Origin: Bacillota bacterium
Lineage (GTDB): Bacteria > Bacillota > Clostridia > Christensenellales > SZUA-584
Assembly: GCA_023390815.1 (NCBI GenBank)
Contig: JAEWCC010000035.1
Coordinates: forward strand, 6,543 to 70,542
Direction: 5' to 3'
Length of the DNA stretch: 64,000 nt
In this document: piece after piece, positions 30,403 through 42,014 of the stretch
Position numbering within the stretch: position 1 is the stretch's first letter
How the letters are laid out: each line of letters starts with the position of its first letter
Notes under the pieces: model-generated
What the model saw: only the letters and a program-made list of their open reading frames with translations
The model's database searches: none
Told to the model about the DNA's origin: nothing
Translations under genes and position numbers: made by a program

Positions 30403-31532
30403 TGAAATCGCTGGGACTGTACATTCACATTCCGTTCTGCCGCCATAAGTGTTATTACTGCGACTTCGTTTCATTTCCGAACCGTACGGATGTGATCGAC
30501 GAATACATCGGCGCATTACTTGCGGAGGCGCGGCTCTACGGCGATATACTGAAAGAACATACCGTAAATACGGTGTTCATTGGCGGCGGTACGCCGTCGC
30601 TGTTGTCCGGCGCGCAGATGGGGCGGCTGCTTTCCGGGCTGAAGGAAGCCTGCAACTGGGCGGTGGAAGAGGTCACCATCGAAGCGAATCCCGAAACGCT
30701 GGATGAGGAGAAAGCTGCCAGCTACGCCAATGGCGGCGTGAATCGCCTGAGCCTGGGCCTGCAGACGCATGATGACGGCATATTGGCCGCCATCGGACGG
30801 CGGCATAGCTTCGAGGATTTTATTTCGGCGCTTGATATTGCGTACCGGTATTTTAATAACATCAACGCAGATACCATATTCGCCCTCCCCGGACAATCCA
30901 CCGAAAATTACGAGGAGACGCTGCGGCGTCTGGTTGCGCTGCGCATCCCGCATATCTCGTGCTACGCGTTGAAACTGGAAGAAGGCACCCGGCTTGCGGC
31001 GGAGTTTTCCGGCGCGGATGAGGATACCGACCGCGAAATGTACCATGCCGCCTCAGGCATGCTGACGGCTGCCGGTTATGCCCACTACGAAACGTCAAAT
31101 TTTGCCCTGCCGGGCTATGAATGCCTGCACAACCTGAAATACTGGACAGGCGGGGAATATCTCGGGCTCGGGGTTGCCGCCCACTCGTATTTGTCCGGCG
31201 AATCAAAAACCCGCCACGCCAACACGGAAAGCCTTGAAGAGTACCTGCGTACGGTGCAAGGCGGGGGAAAGCCCGTTGCGTATAGGGATGTGCTGACGGC
31301 AGAAGACGAGTTAACGGAGTATTTGATGCTTCGCCTCAGGCTGTCCCGGGGAATCGACGCGAAAGACTATGCGCAGCGCTTCTGTGAAGACTTTTTTAAA
31401 CGGTTTGCGGAACCGATTGAAACGGCGTATAGCGCGCAGCTGATCGTGGCGGACGCGCAGGGCATACGCCCCACGCTCAAGGGATTCGACCTGCAAAACA
31501 CATTGATCGGCGAATTTATAAAAAAACTATGA
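30402..31532 (+). CDS. hemW: radical SAM heme chaperone HemW (HemN-like)
   Basis: CRHKCYYCDF (CxxxCxxC) motif and a GGGTPS block. The ATG shares 1 nt with the lepA stop. Confidence 0.92.
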   Translation: MKSLGLYIHIPFCRHKCYYCDFVSFPNRTDVIDEYIGALLAEARLYGDILKEHTVNTVFIGGGTPSLLSGAQMGRLLSGLKEACNWAVEEVTIEANPETLDEEKAASYANGGVNRLSLGLQTHDDGILAAIGRRHSFEDFISALDIAYRYFNNINADTIFALPGQSTENYEETLRRLVALRIPHISCYALKLEEGTRLAAEFSGADEDTDREMYHAASGMLTAAGYAHYETSNFALPGYECLHNLKYWTGGEYLGLGVAAHSYLSGESKTRHANTESLEEYLRTVQGGGKPVAYRDVLTAEDELTEYLMLRLRLSRGIDAKDYAQRFCEDFFKRFAEPIETAYSAQLIVADAQGIRPTLKGFDLQNTLIGEFIKKL

Positions 31533-31547
31533 ACAGGCACTGAGCTA

Positions 31548-31576
31548 TTGACTTTTCAACCAATCGGTGCTATTTT
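31548..31576 (+). promoter_or_regulatory. candidate hrcA operon promoter TTGACT-17-TATTTT
   Basis: The hexamers have a 17-nt spacer, and CIRCE starts 13 nt downstream of the -10. Confidence 0.5.
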
Positions 31577-31588
31577 TATTGCATGATG

Positions 31589-31615
31589 TTAGCACTCGAC
31601 GTGCATGAGTGCTAA
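31589..31615. promoter_or_regulatory. CIRCE operator (HrcA binding site)
   Basis: TTAGCACTC-GACGTGCAT-GAGTGCTAA is a perfect match to the TTAGCACTC-N9-GAGTGCTAA consensus. Confidence 0.95.
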
Positions 31616-31631
31616 CAATGGAAGGCGTATC

Positions 31632-32672
31632 ATGGATATGAACGAAAGGAAGCTGAATATATTAAAAGCGGTCATCGATGATTACATCATGACTGGTCTT
31701 CCTATTGGTTCGCGGACGATTTCCAGAAAGCACGGCATCGAACTGAGCTCCGCGACGATACGCAATGAAATGGCGGACTTGGAGGAGTTGGGCTATCTGG
31801 AACAGCCGCATACTTCCGCGGGCCGCGTACCTTCCAACAAAGCCTATCGATTCTATGTGGACCGGCTGATGAGCGTTGCGAAGCTCAACGCGGACGAGGC
31901 GAAGCGTATTCGGAGCTACTTTGAGAACCGTGTCTCAGAGATCGAACAAATTATGGAGCGCGCGGCGCAGGTGCTGTCCGATACCACGCACCATATATCG
32001 ATGGTTTTAAAACCGCAGCTGAAGAAATCGCAGATCAGGCGCATTCAGATCGTACGGATTACGGAGAAAAAGGCGATTCTGCTGGTGGTGACAAGCGCAG
32101 GGCTGGTTAAGGATACGATGATCACAATTCCCGATGGCACTACGCCCGACTGCCTTGAGATGATCTCCAATATGCTGACCGATAAGCTATCCGGCAAGAC
32201 GCTGGAGGAAGCCGAGAAGGATCTCGCGGCATGCGTGCGGGATCATGTGCAGGCCAACAGCCGGTTCGTATCCGATGTGCTCAAGGTCATCGAAAGCAGT
32301 GTTGAACCGCAGGGTGAACAAGGTATTGTGCTTTCCGGAACGCAGAATATCATCGATTATCCGGAATATATGAGCTTTGAAAAGGCCAAAAGCCTGGTCT
32401 CTCTGCTGGAGACCAAGGATATGCTTTACGATATGATGAAAAAGGCGACGCAGCTTGAATTCTCTATCACCATCGGTAAGGAGAATGAAGCGCAGGAGCT
32501 TTATGATATGAGCGTGGTGACGGCAACATACAAGATCGGCGGGCGGGCGCTTGGCTCGTTCGGCGTCATCGGGCCCACCCGCATGGATTACGCAAAGATT
32601 GTATCGATACTGGGCTATGTGGGCAACAGCCTGGACAGCATATTATCCAACTTCATTGAGACAGACGAATAA
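31632..32672 (+). CDS. hrcA: heat-inducible transcription repressor HrcA
   Basis: ATG 31632 is 8 nt after GGAAGG. The track start 31605 lies inside CIRCE. ERKLNILKAVIDDYIMTGLPIGSRTISRK N-terminus. Confidence 0.94.
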   Translation: MDMNERKLNILKAVIDDYIMTGLPIGSRTISRKHGIELSSATIRNEMADLEELGYLEQPHTSAGRVPSNKAYRFYVDRLMSVAKLNADEAKRIRSYFENRVSEIEQIMERAAQVLSDTTHHISMVLKPQLKKSQIRRIQIVRITEKKAILLVVTSAGLVKDTMITIPDGTTPDCLEMISNMLTDKLSGKTLEEAEKDLAACVRDHVQANSRFVSDVLKVIESSVEPQGEQGIVLSGTQNIIDYPEYMSFEKAKSLVSLLETKDMLYDMMKKATQLEFSITIGKENEAQELYDMSVVTATYKIGGRALGSFGVIGPTRMDYAKIVSILGYVGNSLDSILSNFIETDE

Positions 32673-32686
32673 AGGTGGTGAAACCC

Positions 32687-35187
<2,501 letters not shown>

Positions 35188-35210
35188 AACATTTTTATTA
35201 CTCGATAATA

Positions 35211-35219
35211 TGATATAAT
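35211..35219 (+). promoter_or_regulatory. extended -10 element TGATATAAT in the dnaK-dnaJ spacer
   Basis: TGnTATAAT read directly from the sequence. No good -35 is present. Confidence 0.35.
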
Positions 35220-35227
35220 ATGTTGCC

Positions 35228-35260
35228 TGAAAAGCCAGAGCGTAACGCTTTGGCTTTTCA
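35228..35260 (+). terminator. 15-bp stem-loop between dnaK and dnaJ (attenuator or 5' stabiliser)
   Basis: TGAAAAGCCAGAGCG-TAA-CGCTTTGGCTTTTCA with one G-U pair. The T residues lie inside the 3' arm and there is no separate U-tract. Confidence 0.5.
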
Positions 35261-35344
35261 GCGATGTCTATTATGGGTCGAAAGATACACGAGGTTTCTG
35301 AAAGGCAAACGGCTTTTTGGAGCACGATATAGGTGGTGCAAATT

Positions 35345-36457
35345 TTGGCGGCGAAACGAGATTATTACGAGATTCTGGGGATAGAACGCAGTGCCAGCAC
35401 GGACGATATCCGGAAAGCATACCGGCGGCTGGCCAAGCAATATCACCCGGATATGAACAGCGATAACAAGGACGAGGCGGCGGAAAAGTTCAAGGAAGTC
35501 AGCGAAGCCTATTCGGTACTCAGCGACGACCAAAAAAAGAGGCAATACGATACTTTTGGGCACGCGGCATTTGAGAACGGCGGAGCGGGCGGCGGTTTTG
35601 GCGGCTTTGGCGACTTCATGGGCGGCTTCGGTGACATTTTCGACAGCTTTTTTGGCGGCGGCGCTTCTTCACGCAACCGTACCGGCCCGGTGCGCGGAGC
35701 CGATTTGCGCATGGAGCTGCGTATCACCTTTGAAGAAGCCGCGTTTGGCGTTGCGCGCGAGATCAGCCTGAATAAAGACATGAGCTGCGAAACCTGCGGC
35801 GGCACGGGTGCAAAACCCGGTACAAGCCCCAAAACCTGCGGGACTTGCGGGGGCACCGGACAGCTCCGTCAGCAGCGTAACACGAGCTTCGGCAGCTTTG
35901 TGAACGTTGTGGATTGCCCGGATTGCGGAGGCCGCGGAAGCATCATCAAGGACCCTTGCCCGGATTGCGGAGGCCGTGGTATCCGCAAACAGCAAAAAAA
36001 GATCAAGCTCAATATCCCGGCCGGTATCGACAATGGCCAGGTGCTTACCATGAGAGGCGAGGGCGCGGCAGGACAGCGCGGGGGCATGCCGGGCGATCTG
36101 CAGATTTATATCTCGGTACAGCCGCATAAGTTCTTCACGCGTGAAGGGTACGATCTATATATCGACATGCCGGTATCGTTTGTGGACGCTGCGCTCGGCA
36201 CGGAACTCCTCATCCCGACGCTGGACGGCAAAGCGAAGTATAAAATGGGCGAAGGCACGCAAACAGGAACCGTGTTCCGTCTCAAAGACAAAGGCGTTCA
36301 ACACCTGAATTCTTCGCGCAAGGGTAGTTTGTACGTGCGCGTGCATGTGGAGACGCCGCAAAAACTTAACGAAAAACAAAAGGAGCTGCTGCGCCAGTTC
36401 GAGAAGCTTTCCAGCAAGAAGGAAAAAAGCTTTTTTGAGCAGGTGAGCGAGTCATAA
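35345..36457 (+). CDS. dnaJ: molecular chaperone DnaJ
   Basis: TTG 35345 is 7 nt after AGGTGGTG and gives (M)[12 protein letters not shown] (GTG 35333 is the alternative). HPD motif, G/F region, and four CxxCxGxG repeats ([24 protein letters not shown] x2). Confidence 0.96.
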   Translation: MAAKRDYYEILGIERSASTDDIRKAYRRLAKQYHPDMNSDNKDEAAEKFKEVSEAYSVLSDDQKKRQYDTFGHAAFENGGAGGGFGGFGDFMGGFGDIFDSFFGGGASSRNRTGPVRGADLRMELRITFEEAAFGVAREISLNKDMSCETCGGTGAKPGTSPKTCGTCGGTGQLRQQRNTSFGSFVNVVDCPDCGGRGSIIKDPCPDCGGRGIRKQQKKIKLNIPAGIDNGQVLTMRGEGAAGQRGGMPGDLQIYISVQPHKFFTREGYDLYIDMPVSFVDAALGTELLIPTLDGKAKYKMGEGTQTGTVFRLKDKGVQHLNSSRKGSLYVRVHVETPQKLNEKQKELLRQFEKLSSKKEKSFFEQVSES

Positions 36458-37384
36458 ATGAACTGGAAACAAGTCTGTATTTCAACAACGGATGAGGCGG
36501 CGGACGTCGTATCATCGATTCTCGTGGATGCCGGAGCCACTGGCGCGGAGATTGAAGGTGGCATCGTGCCCGAGCCGGTGGGCGACGAATGGACGGGCGA
36601 TATTGCGCCGCCCCAGGGCGTGAGGGTAAAAGCCTATTTTGGCGAGGATGGCTTTGAAGCCACCATCGAATACATCCGCGAACGGATTGAGACTCTTCGG
36701 AAAAGCGATGAGGATACGGGTGATTTGGATATTTCGGTCAATACCGTAGCGGATACCGATTGGAACGAGAATTTCAAAAAGCATTTTACAACGTTTCGTG
36801 CCGCCGGGCGTGTCGTCATTAAACCGACATGGGAAGAATATAAGGAACAAGCCGGCGATATCGTGATTGAGATGGACCCGGGTATGGCGTTCGGATCGGG
36901 CGTTCACGAGACGACGCGCATGTGTCTTGAACTGCTGCAAAAGTATATGAAGCCCGGCGACCGCGTATTGGATGTCGGCTGCGGTTCGGGCATACTCGGT
37001 ATCGCGGCAAAAAAACTGGGCGCGGCGGACGTACTCGCGCTGGATTACGACAGCGTCAGCGTGGAAGTCACGCGGCAGAACGCGCAGCGCAACGGTGCCG
37101 CCCTTGAAGCGCGGCGTTCCGACCTGCTGCAGGCGGCGGGAAATGAAACCTGTGATATCATACTCGCCAACATCATTGCGGATATCATCATCCGGCTCAA
37201 CGAGGATGTAAGGGAATATCTGCTGCCAAGCAGCGTGTATATTATCTCCGGCATCATCGTGGACAGGCTGGACGAGGTGTTGCAATCGCTGAAGGAGAAC
37301 GGGCTGAAGCCGGTGGAAACCGTGCAGATGGCCGATTGGCGCGCGGTCGCGGTAAGGAGAGACGATGCACCGGGCTTACACTGA
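36458..37384 (+). CDS. prmA: ribosomal protein L11 methyltransferase
   Basis: VLDVGCGSGILGIAA SAM motif and a PrmA N-terminal domain. It starts immediately after the dnaJ stop. Confidence 0.93.
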   Translation: MNWKQVCISTTDEAADVVSSILVDAGATGAEIEGGIVPEPVGDEWTGDIAPPQGVRVKAYFGEDGFEATIEYIRERIETLRKSDEDTGDLDISVNTVADTDWNENFKKHFTTFRAAGRVVIKPTWEEYKEQAGDIVIEMDPGMAFGSGVHETTRMCLELLQKYMKPGDRVLDVGCGSGILGIAAKKLGAADVLALDYDSVSVEVTRQNAQRNGAALEARRSDLLQAAGNETCDIILANIIADIIIRLNEDVREYLLPSSVYIISGIIVDRLDEVLQSLKENGLKPVETVQMADWRAVAVRRDDAPGLH

Positions 37385-38081
37385 ACCGTCCGATATCCTG
37401 AGCGGACAAGCCGTCATCCGGGGCGATGAGGCGAAACACATGAAAAACGTGCTGCGCATGCAGACGGGGGATTTTTTTATTGCGTTTGACGGTACCGGGG
37501 TGGATTATACGTGCCGGATTACCGCTATCGGCGGGGATATCGAAGCGCAGATCGTATCCAGTGAGCGCACCACGAGGGAGCCCAAGGTTCGCGTTACGCT
37601 GTATCAGGCGTATCCGAAATCCGCGAAGATGGAGGACATCGTGCAAAAAGCGGTGGAACTAGGCGCAACGGGCATTGTCCCGTTTCTCTCGCAGCGCTGC
37701 GTGAAACGTCCTGAGGATGGAGCGCGGCTTCGGCGCGTAGCGCTTGCCGCGGTGAAGCAATGCGGGCGCAGCGTACTTCCCGAAGTGACCGATGTGCTGA
37801 GCATGAACGAGGCGGTTGCGCGTATGAAAGCGCATGACAGGCTCATCGTATGTTGGGAAGAGGAGACTCATACTTCGCTCAAACAGGCGCTGGAAGGCGA
37901 GTTTGCCGATATCGGCGTGGTGATCGGGCCGGAGGGCGGTTTTGAAGCGGCAGAGGTGGAGCGGCTGCGGGGCATCGGCGGCGTATCCGCAACGCTCGGA
38001 CCGCGCATACTGCGCACCGAGACAGCGGGTATCGCGGTGCTGGCGGCCGTATTTTTTGACAAGGGGCAGATGCAATATTGA
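37365..38081 (+). CDS. rsmE: 16S rRNA (uracil1498-N3)-methyltransferase
   Basis: DEAKHMKNVLRM PUA-like N-terminus and a GPEGGF...LGPRILRTETA SPOUT knot. Confidence 0.92.
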   Translation: MHRAYTEPSDILSGQAVIRGDEAKHMKNVLRMQTGDFFIAFDGTGVDYTCRITAIGGDIEAQIVSSERTTREPKVRVTLYQAYPKSAKMEDIVQKAVELGATGIVPFLSQRCVKRPEDGARLRRVALAAVKQCGRSVLPEVTDVLSMNEAVARMKAHDRLIVCWEEETHTSLKQALEGEFADIGVVIGPEGGFEAAEVERLRGIGGVSATLGPRILRTETAGIAVLAAVFFDKGQMQY

Positions 38082-39352
38082 AGAAGGTCGCCTTCCACAC
38101 GCTCGGATGCAAAGTCAACGCTTACGATTCCGCCGCGATGCTGGCGCTTTTTTTACAGCATGGCTATGAAGAAGTGCCCTTTGAACAGGCTGCGGATATC
38201 GCGGTGATCAATACGTGCACGGTAACCGCCGTGGCAGACAAAAAGTCGCGCGCGATGATCCGGCGTGCCGCGCGTACCGCCAAGGTGATTGTCGCGGGCT
38301 GCCTCGCGCAGAAAAGCGCGGAGGAACTTCTGGCGATGGACGGCGTGGACGCGGTGCTGGGTACGGATGAACGAAGCCGCATTGTGGATGTGGCGGAGCG
38401 GCTCCTGCAGGGCGAGGAAAAGATCGACGCCACAAGAGACCTCAAGGGCTGCGGCTTTGAAACCATGGTGACCAGCGGGACGGGGCCTCGCACACGAGGC
38501 ATTATTAAGATACAAGAGGGCTGCGACAATTTCTGCAGCTACTGTATCATTCCGTATGTGCGCGGGCGCTCACGCTCCCGCACGCTTGCCGATATTGTTG
38601 CCGAGGCCGAAACGCTGACGAACAGCGGCATAAAGGAGCTTGTCCTGACGGGCATCCATATCGCCTCTTACGAAGACGAGGGAAAGGATCTGGCCGATGT
38701 GATACTGGCGCTGGATCGATTGAACGTGCGTATTCGGCTGGGTTCGCTCGAACCGGGCAAATTCGCGAAGGATTTTATCGCGCGCATCGCGGGTGCAAAA
38801 AATCTATGCCCGCACTTTCATATATCGCTGCAGAGCGGCTCGGATTCTGTGCTGCGCCGCATGAACCGGCACTATACCGCCGGGGAGTATCTTGACTTTT
38901 TACGCCTGCTTCGCAGGCATTTTGATATGCCCGGAATCACCACTGATGTGATTGCGGGCTTCCCCGGGGAGACGGAGGACGAGCACCGCGAGACGATGGA
39001 GTTTGTGCGCGCATGCGTTTTTTCGCGGATGCATGTGTTCCCGTTTTCGGCGCGCAAGGGCACGAAAGCGTATGAGATGACACCCAAGGTTGATAAAACC
39101 ATCGCCCGCCTCCGCGCGTCGGAATTGATTGCGCTGGGCGATGAACTTGAAGACGCCTATATCGCCAGCCTTCTCGGGCATGCGGACGAAGTGCTCTTTG
39201 AAGAAGCGTCCAAAGCGTTTTCCGGCTGTCTCGAAGGCTATTCGCGCCGGTATGTGCGCGTGGCCGCAAACGCCGTGCATAACGAAATCAAAACCGTCGC
39301 GCTCACCCGCGCGAAGGATAAAGTGATTTATGCTGAGGAAAAGGAGATTTGA
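38078..39352 (+). CDS. mtaB: tRNA t6A37 methylthiotransferase MtaB
   Basis: TTGA overlap with rsmE. (M)KKVAFHTLGCKVN UPF0004 domain, radical-SAM CDNFCSYC and a TRAM C-terminus. Confidence 0.92.
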   Translation: MKKVAFHTLGCKVNAYDSAAMLALFLQHGYEEVPFEQAADIAVINTCTVTAVADKKSRAMIRRAARTAKVIVAGCLAQKSAEELLAMDGVDAVLGTDERSRIVDVAERLLQGEEKIDATRDLKGCGFETMVTSGTGPRTRGIIKIQEGCDNFCSYCIIPYVRGRSRSRTLADIVAEAETLTNSGIKELVLTGIHIASYEDEGKDLADVILALDRLNVRIRLGSLEPGKFAKDFIARIAGAKNLCPHFHISLQSGSDSVLRRMNRHYTAGEYLDFLRLLRRHFDMPGITTDVIAGFPGETEDEHRETMEFVRACVFSRMHVFPFSARKGTKAYEMTPKVDKTIARLRASELIALGDELEDAYIASLLGHADEVLFEEASKAFSGCLEGYSRRYVRVAANAVHNEIKTVALTRAKDKVIYAEEKEI

Positions 39353-39353
39353 T

Positions 39354-39695
39354 ATGGAGGATTGCCTGTTTTGCCGCATCGCTTCGGGCGGCATACCCGC
39401 CAAAAAAGCGTATGAGGACGACCAGACGCTGGCGTTTTACGACATCGATCCCAAGGCGCCGGTGCACGTGCTGGTCATTCCCAAAAAGCACATCGCATCG
39501 ATCGCCGCCGCAAGCGAGGAAGACTTTGGCCTCGTCTCGCACCTGATGCGCGTCGCGCAGCAGCTTGCGAGAGAGCTGAACCTCGACAATGGCTTCCGGC
39601 TCGTGATTAACACCGGCAAGGACGGCGGGCAGTCAGTCGGACACCTGCACATCCACCTGCTCGGCGGGCGCGCGCTCGGCTGGCCCCCCGGTTAA
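39354..39695 (+). CDS. histidine triad (HIT) nucleotide-binding protein
   Basis: CLFCRI N-terminus and the GHLHIHLLGG histidine triad. Confidence 0.92.
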   Translation: MEDCLFCRIASGGIPAKKAYEDDQTLAFYDIDPKAPVHVLVIPKKHIASIAAASEEDFGLVSHLMRVAQQLARELNLDNGFRLVINTGKDGGQSVGHLHIHLLGGRALGWPPG

Positions 39696-39719
39696 TCGCG
39701 GAAAAAGCGAAGCGCTCGT

Positions 39720-40961
39720 TCATTTCTGAAAATAGGATATCGGATGCACCTCGTGCAGCTCCTTGGCGTGCCGCTCGACCACCTGCGGGCGCAACAGCGA
39801 AGCGCGCGTCAGCGCGTCCGGCCCGAAACGGCTTAAGATGTCGTCCTTTGCAAACTCGAGGCTCTGCTGCTTCTGGCGGCGCATATCAAAAAAATTGAGC
39901 TGCATATATTTCTCGATGGGGGAAAGCGTCGTGATACGCACGCCAATGGCGCGTATGGGGTGCACCTGCGCATCCCAGCTGGCACCGTACAGCTTCATCG
40001 CACACTGCACGATCTCATCCGAGATATAGGTCGGACGCGGCAGCACGGCCTGCCGCGTGATGGACTCCAGCGCGTTGTCGCGCAGCCAGATGGAAACGGT
40101 TTTGCCCTGCAGCCCCTTTTTGCGCGCGCGCGACGCGACCATCTCGGCGAGTATCAGAAAGGCTTCGCGCACCTGCTCGCCGGTGACGAGATCGCGCACC
40201 GTGGTCATGCTGTTGCCGATGCCCTTCACCGTGCATTCATGATCCACCGCTTTAACGGGCGAATCGTCCATGCCCGTTGCGAACATGTGCAGCATGAGGC
40301 CGTTTTGACCGAGCAGCGCCTTCAGCAGCATCGTGGGCGCGCATGCGAGGTCGCCGATCGTGCAGATGCCTGCTTTCTCGAGCCGAGCGCGGGTGGCGCG
40401 GCCGATGCACAAAAGATCGCTCGCGGGCAGCGGCCAGAGGATGCGGCGGTAGTTGTCGCGGTCGATCACCGTGACGGCATCGGGTTTCTTATAATCGCTG
40501 CCCATCTTGGCGAAAATTTTGTTCCACGAAACACCGACCGATATCGTAAGCGCTGTTTCCTTTTTGACGGCCTCGCGTATCTCGTTTGCGGTGCTCTCCG
40601 CAAACCCCGCGCGCGGGCGAAGGGGCGTGATGTCGAGCCAGCACTCGTCGATGCCGAAGGGCTCGATGCGCCCGGTATAGCGCTCGTAAATGCTCCGGAC
40701 GGTTTTGGAAAGCTCCATGTACAGCGGGTAATTGGGAGCCAGCGTGACCATCTGCGGACAAAGCTGCGCCGCCTGCCAGATTGGCTGGCCTGTCTTGACG
40801 CCCGCACGCTTTGCGAGCTGATTCTTGGCCAGCACAATGCCGTGCCGCTGCGTAACGTCGCCGCATACCGTTACCGGTACGTTTTTAAGGTCGGCTCGCC
40901 CGATACACGACGCCGAGACAAAAAAGTTGTTGAGATCACAGTGCAGTATGACCCTGTCCAT
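39720..40961 (-). CDS. Y-family DNA polymerase (UmuC/PolY2-like N-terminal motif)
   Basis: ATG 40961 has GGAGG 6 nt upstream. HCDLNNFFVSAS resembles the UmuC CDVNAFYAS motif. Catalytic GIDECWLD and little-finger region are present. The gene is SOS-box regulated (see the LexA box features). Confidence 0.9.
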   Translation of the reverse strand: MDRVILHCDLNNFFVSASCIGRADLKNVPVTVCGDVTQRHGIVLAKNQLAKRAGVKTGQPIWQAAQLCPQMVTLAPNYPLYMELSKTVRSIYERYTGRIEPFGIDECWLDITPLRPRAGFAESTANEIREAVKKETALTISVGVSWNKIFAKMGSDYKKPDAVTVIDRDNYRRILWPLPASDLLCIGRATRARLEKAGICTIGDLACAPTMLLKALLGQNGLMLHMFATGMDDSPVKAVDHECTVKGIGNSMTTVRDLVTGEQVREAFLILAEMVASRARKKGLQGKTVSIWLRDNALESITRQAVLPRPTYISDEIVQCAMKLYGASWDAQVHPIRAIGVRITTLSPIEKYMQLNFFDMRRQKQQSLEFAKDDILSRFGPDALTRASLLRPQVVERHAKELHEVHPISYFQK

Positions 40962-40975
40962 ACCCGCCTCCAACG

Positions 40976-40989
40976 AGAACGTATGTTCT
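40976..40989 (-). promoter_or_regulatory. LexA (Cheo/SOS) box, promoter-proximal
   Basis: AGAAC-GTAT-GTTCT is a palindromic match to the Firmicute GAAC-N4-GTTC consensus. It lies between the -10 and the RBS of the polymerase gene. Confidence 0.8.
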
Positions 40990-40995
40990 AACTTG

Positions 40996-41025
40996 ATTTT
41001 AAGATTCGAACAAGCGTTCTGTCAA
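40996..41025 (-). promoter_or_regulatory. promoter of the Y-family polymerase gene (TTGACA-18-TAAAAT on the - strand)
   Basis: The minus strand reads TTGACA (41025-41020), an 18-nt spacer, then TAAAAT (41001-40996). A duplicated TTGACA lies at 41031-41026. Confidence 0.6.
41007..41020 (-). promoter_or_regulatory. LexA (Cheo/SOS) box, inside the promoter spacer
   Basis: The plus strand reads CGAAC-AAGC-GTTCT, a GAAC-N4-GTTC match filling the -35/-10 spacer. Confidence 0.78.
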
Positions 41026-41135
41026 TGTCAATAAACGGACATATATTCGCGTGGAGATTGTTCATAAAATTGTAAAGCCAAAACAACTTTTGATATAGTA
41101 TAATAATACAGATAGACGAAAGAAGGGATAGGTTT

Positions 41136-42014
41136 ATGGGGAAAATCAGAAAAGCGGTGATACCTGCTGCCGGTATGGGCACACGGTTTCTGCCCGCAAC
41201 CAAGGCGCAGCCCAAGGAGATGCTGCCTATCGTCGATAAACCGACGATCCAGTATATCGTGGAGGAAGCCATCAGCGCGGGTATTGAAAGCATACTCATT
41301 ATCACGGGCCGCGGCAAGCGTAACATCGAAGATCATTTCGATAAATCCTACGAACTCGAATCCGAACTTCAGCGACAGGGAAAATCGTCGCTGCTCAGCA
41401 TGGTGGAAGATATTTCACACCTCGTCGACGTATTTTATGTGAGGCAGAAAGAAGCCAAAGGCCTGGGACATGCCATCGGATGCGCGCGCGCATTCATCGG
41501 CAACGAGCCTTTTGCGGTACTGCTGGGTGACGATATCGTCGTTTCTGAAAAGCCCGCGATCGGCCAGCTGATGGAGATGTACGAAGCCCATGGAGAGACG
41601 GTGCTGGGTGTGCAGCGCGTGGCGCAATCTGAGGTGGATAAATACGGAATCATCGATCCTGCGAATTCTGCGGCGGACAGGCTGCACAAGGTTGCCGATC
41701 TGGTGGAAAAGCCTGCGATCAGCGAGGCGCCGTCCAACCTTGCCATACTCGGCCGGTATATCATCACGCCCGAAGTATTTGATATCATCGAGCATCAGGA
41801 GCCCGGAAAGAACGGGGAGATTCAGCTTACCGATGCACTGAGAACGCTCAATCGCTCGCAGGGTATGTATGCCTACGAATTTGAAGGTAAAAGATATGAT
41901 GTAGGCGATAAATTGGGCTTTTTGAAAGCGACTGTGGAATTTGCGCTGCGCAGAGACGACCTGAAGGACAGCTTCAGGGAATACCTGTCCGGCGTTTTGA
42001 AAGAGATGAAGTGA
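41136..42014 (+). CDS. galU: UTP--glucose-1-phosphate uridylyltransferase
   Basis: [31 protein letters not shown]-terminus, with VEKP and LGRYI blocks. Confidence 0.96.
   Translation: MGKIRKAVIPAAGMGTRFLPATKAQPKEMLPIVDKPTIQYIVEEAISAGIESILIITGRGKRNIEDHFDKSYELESELQRQGKSSLLSMVEDISHLVDVFYVRQKEAKGLGHAIGCARAFIGNEPFAVLLGDDIVVSEKPAIGQLMEMYEAHGETVLGVQRVAQSEVDKYGIIDPANSAADRLHKVADLVEKPAISEAPSNLAILGRYIITPEVFDIIEHQEPGKNGEIQLTDALRTLNRSQGMYAYEFEGKRYDVGDKLGFLKATVEFALRRDDLKDSFREYLSGVLKEMK

Noticed and set aside
31605-31631. Longest-ORF start of hrcA at 31605.
   Set aside because: That ATG lies inside the CIRCE operator (31589-31615) and has no RBS. ATG 31632 follows GGAAGG at the correct spacing.
41026-41135. 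A confident sigma-A promoter for galU (TATAAT at 41099-41104).
   Set aside because: The exact -10 hexamer is present, but no acceptable -35 lies at 16-18 nt (AGCCAA at 17 nt; TTGTAA is 23 nt away). It is therefore not listed as a feature.
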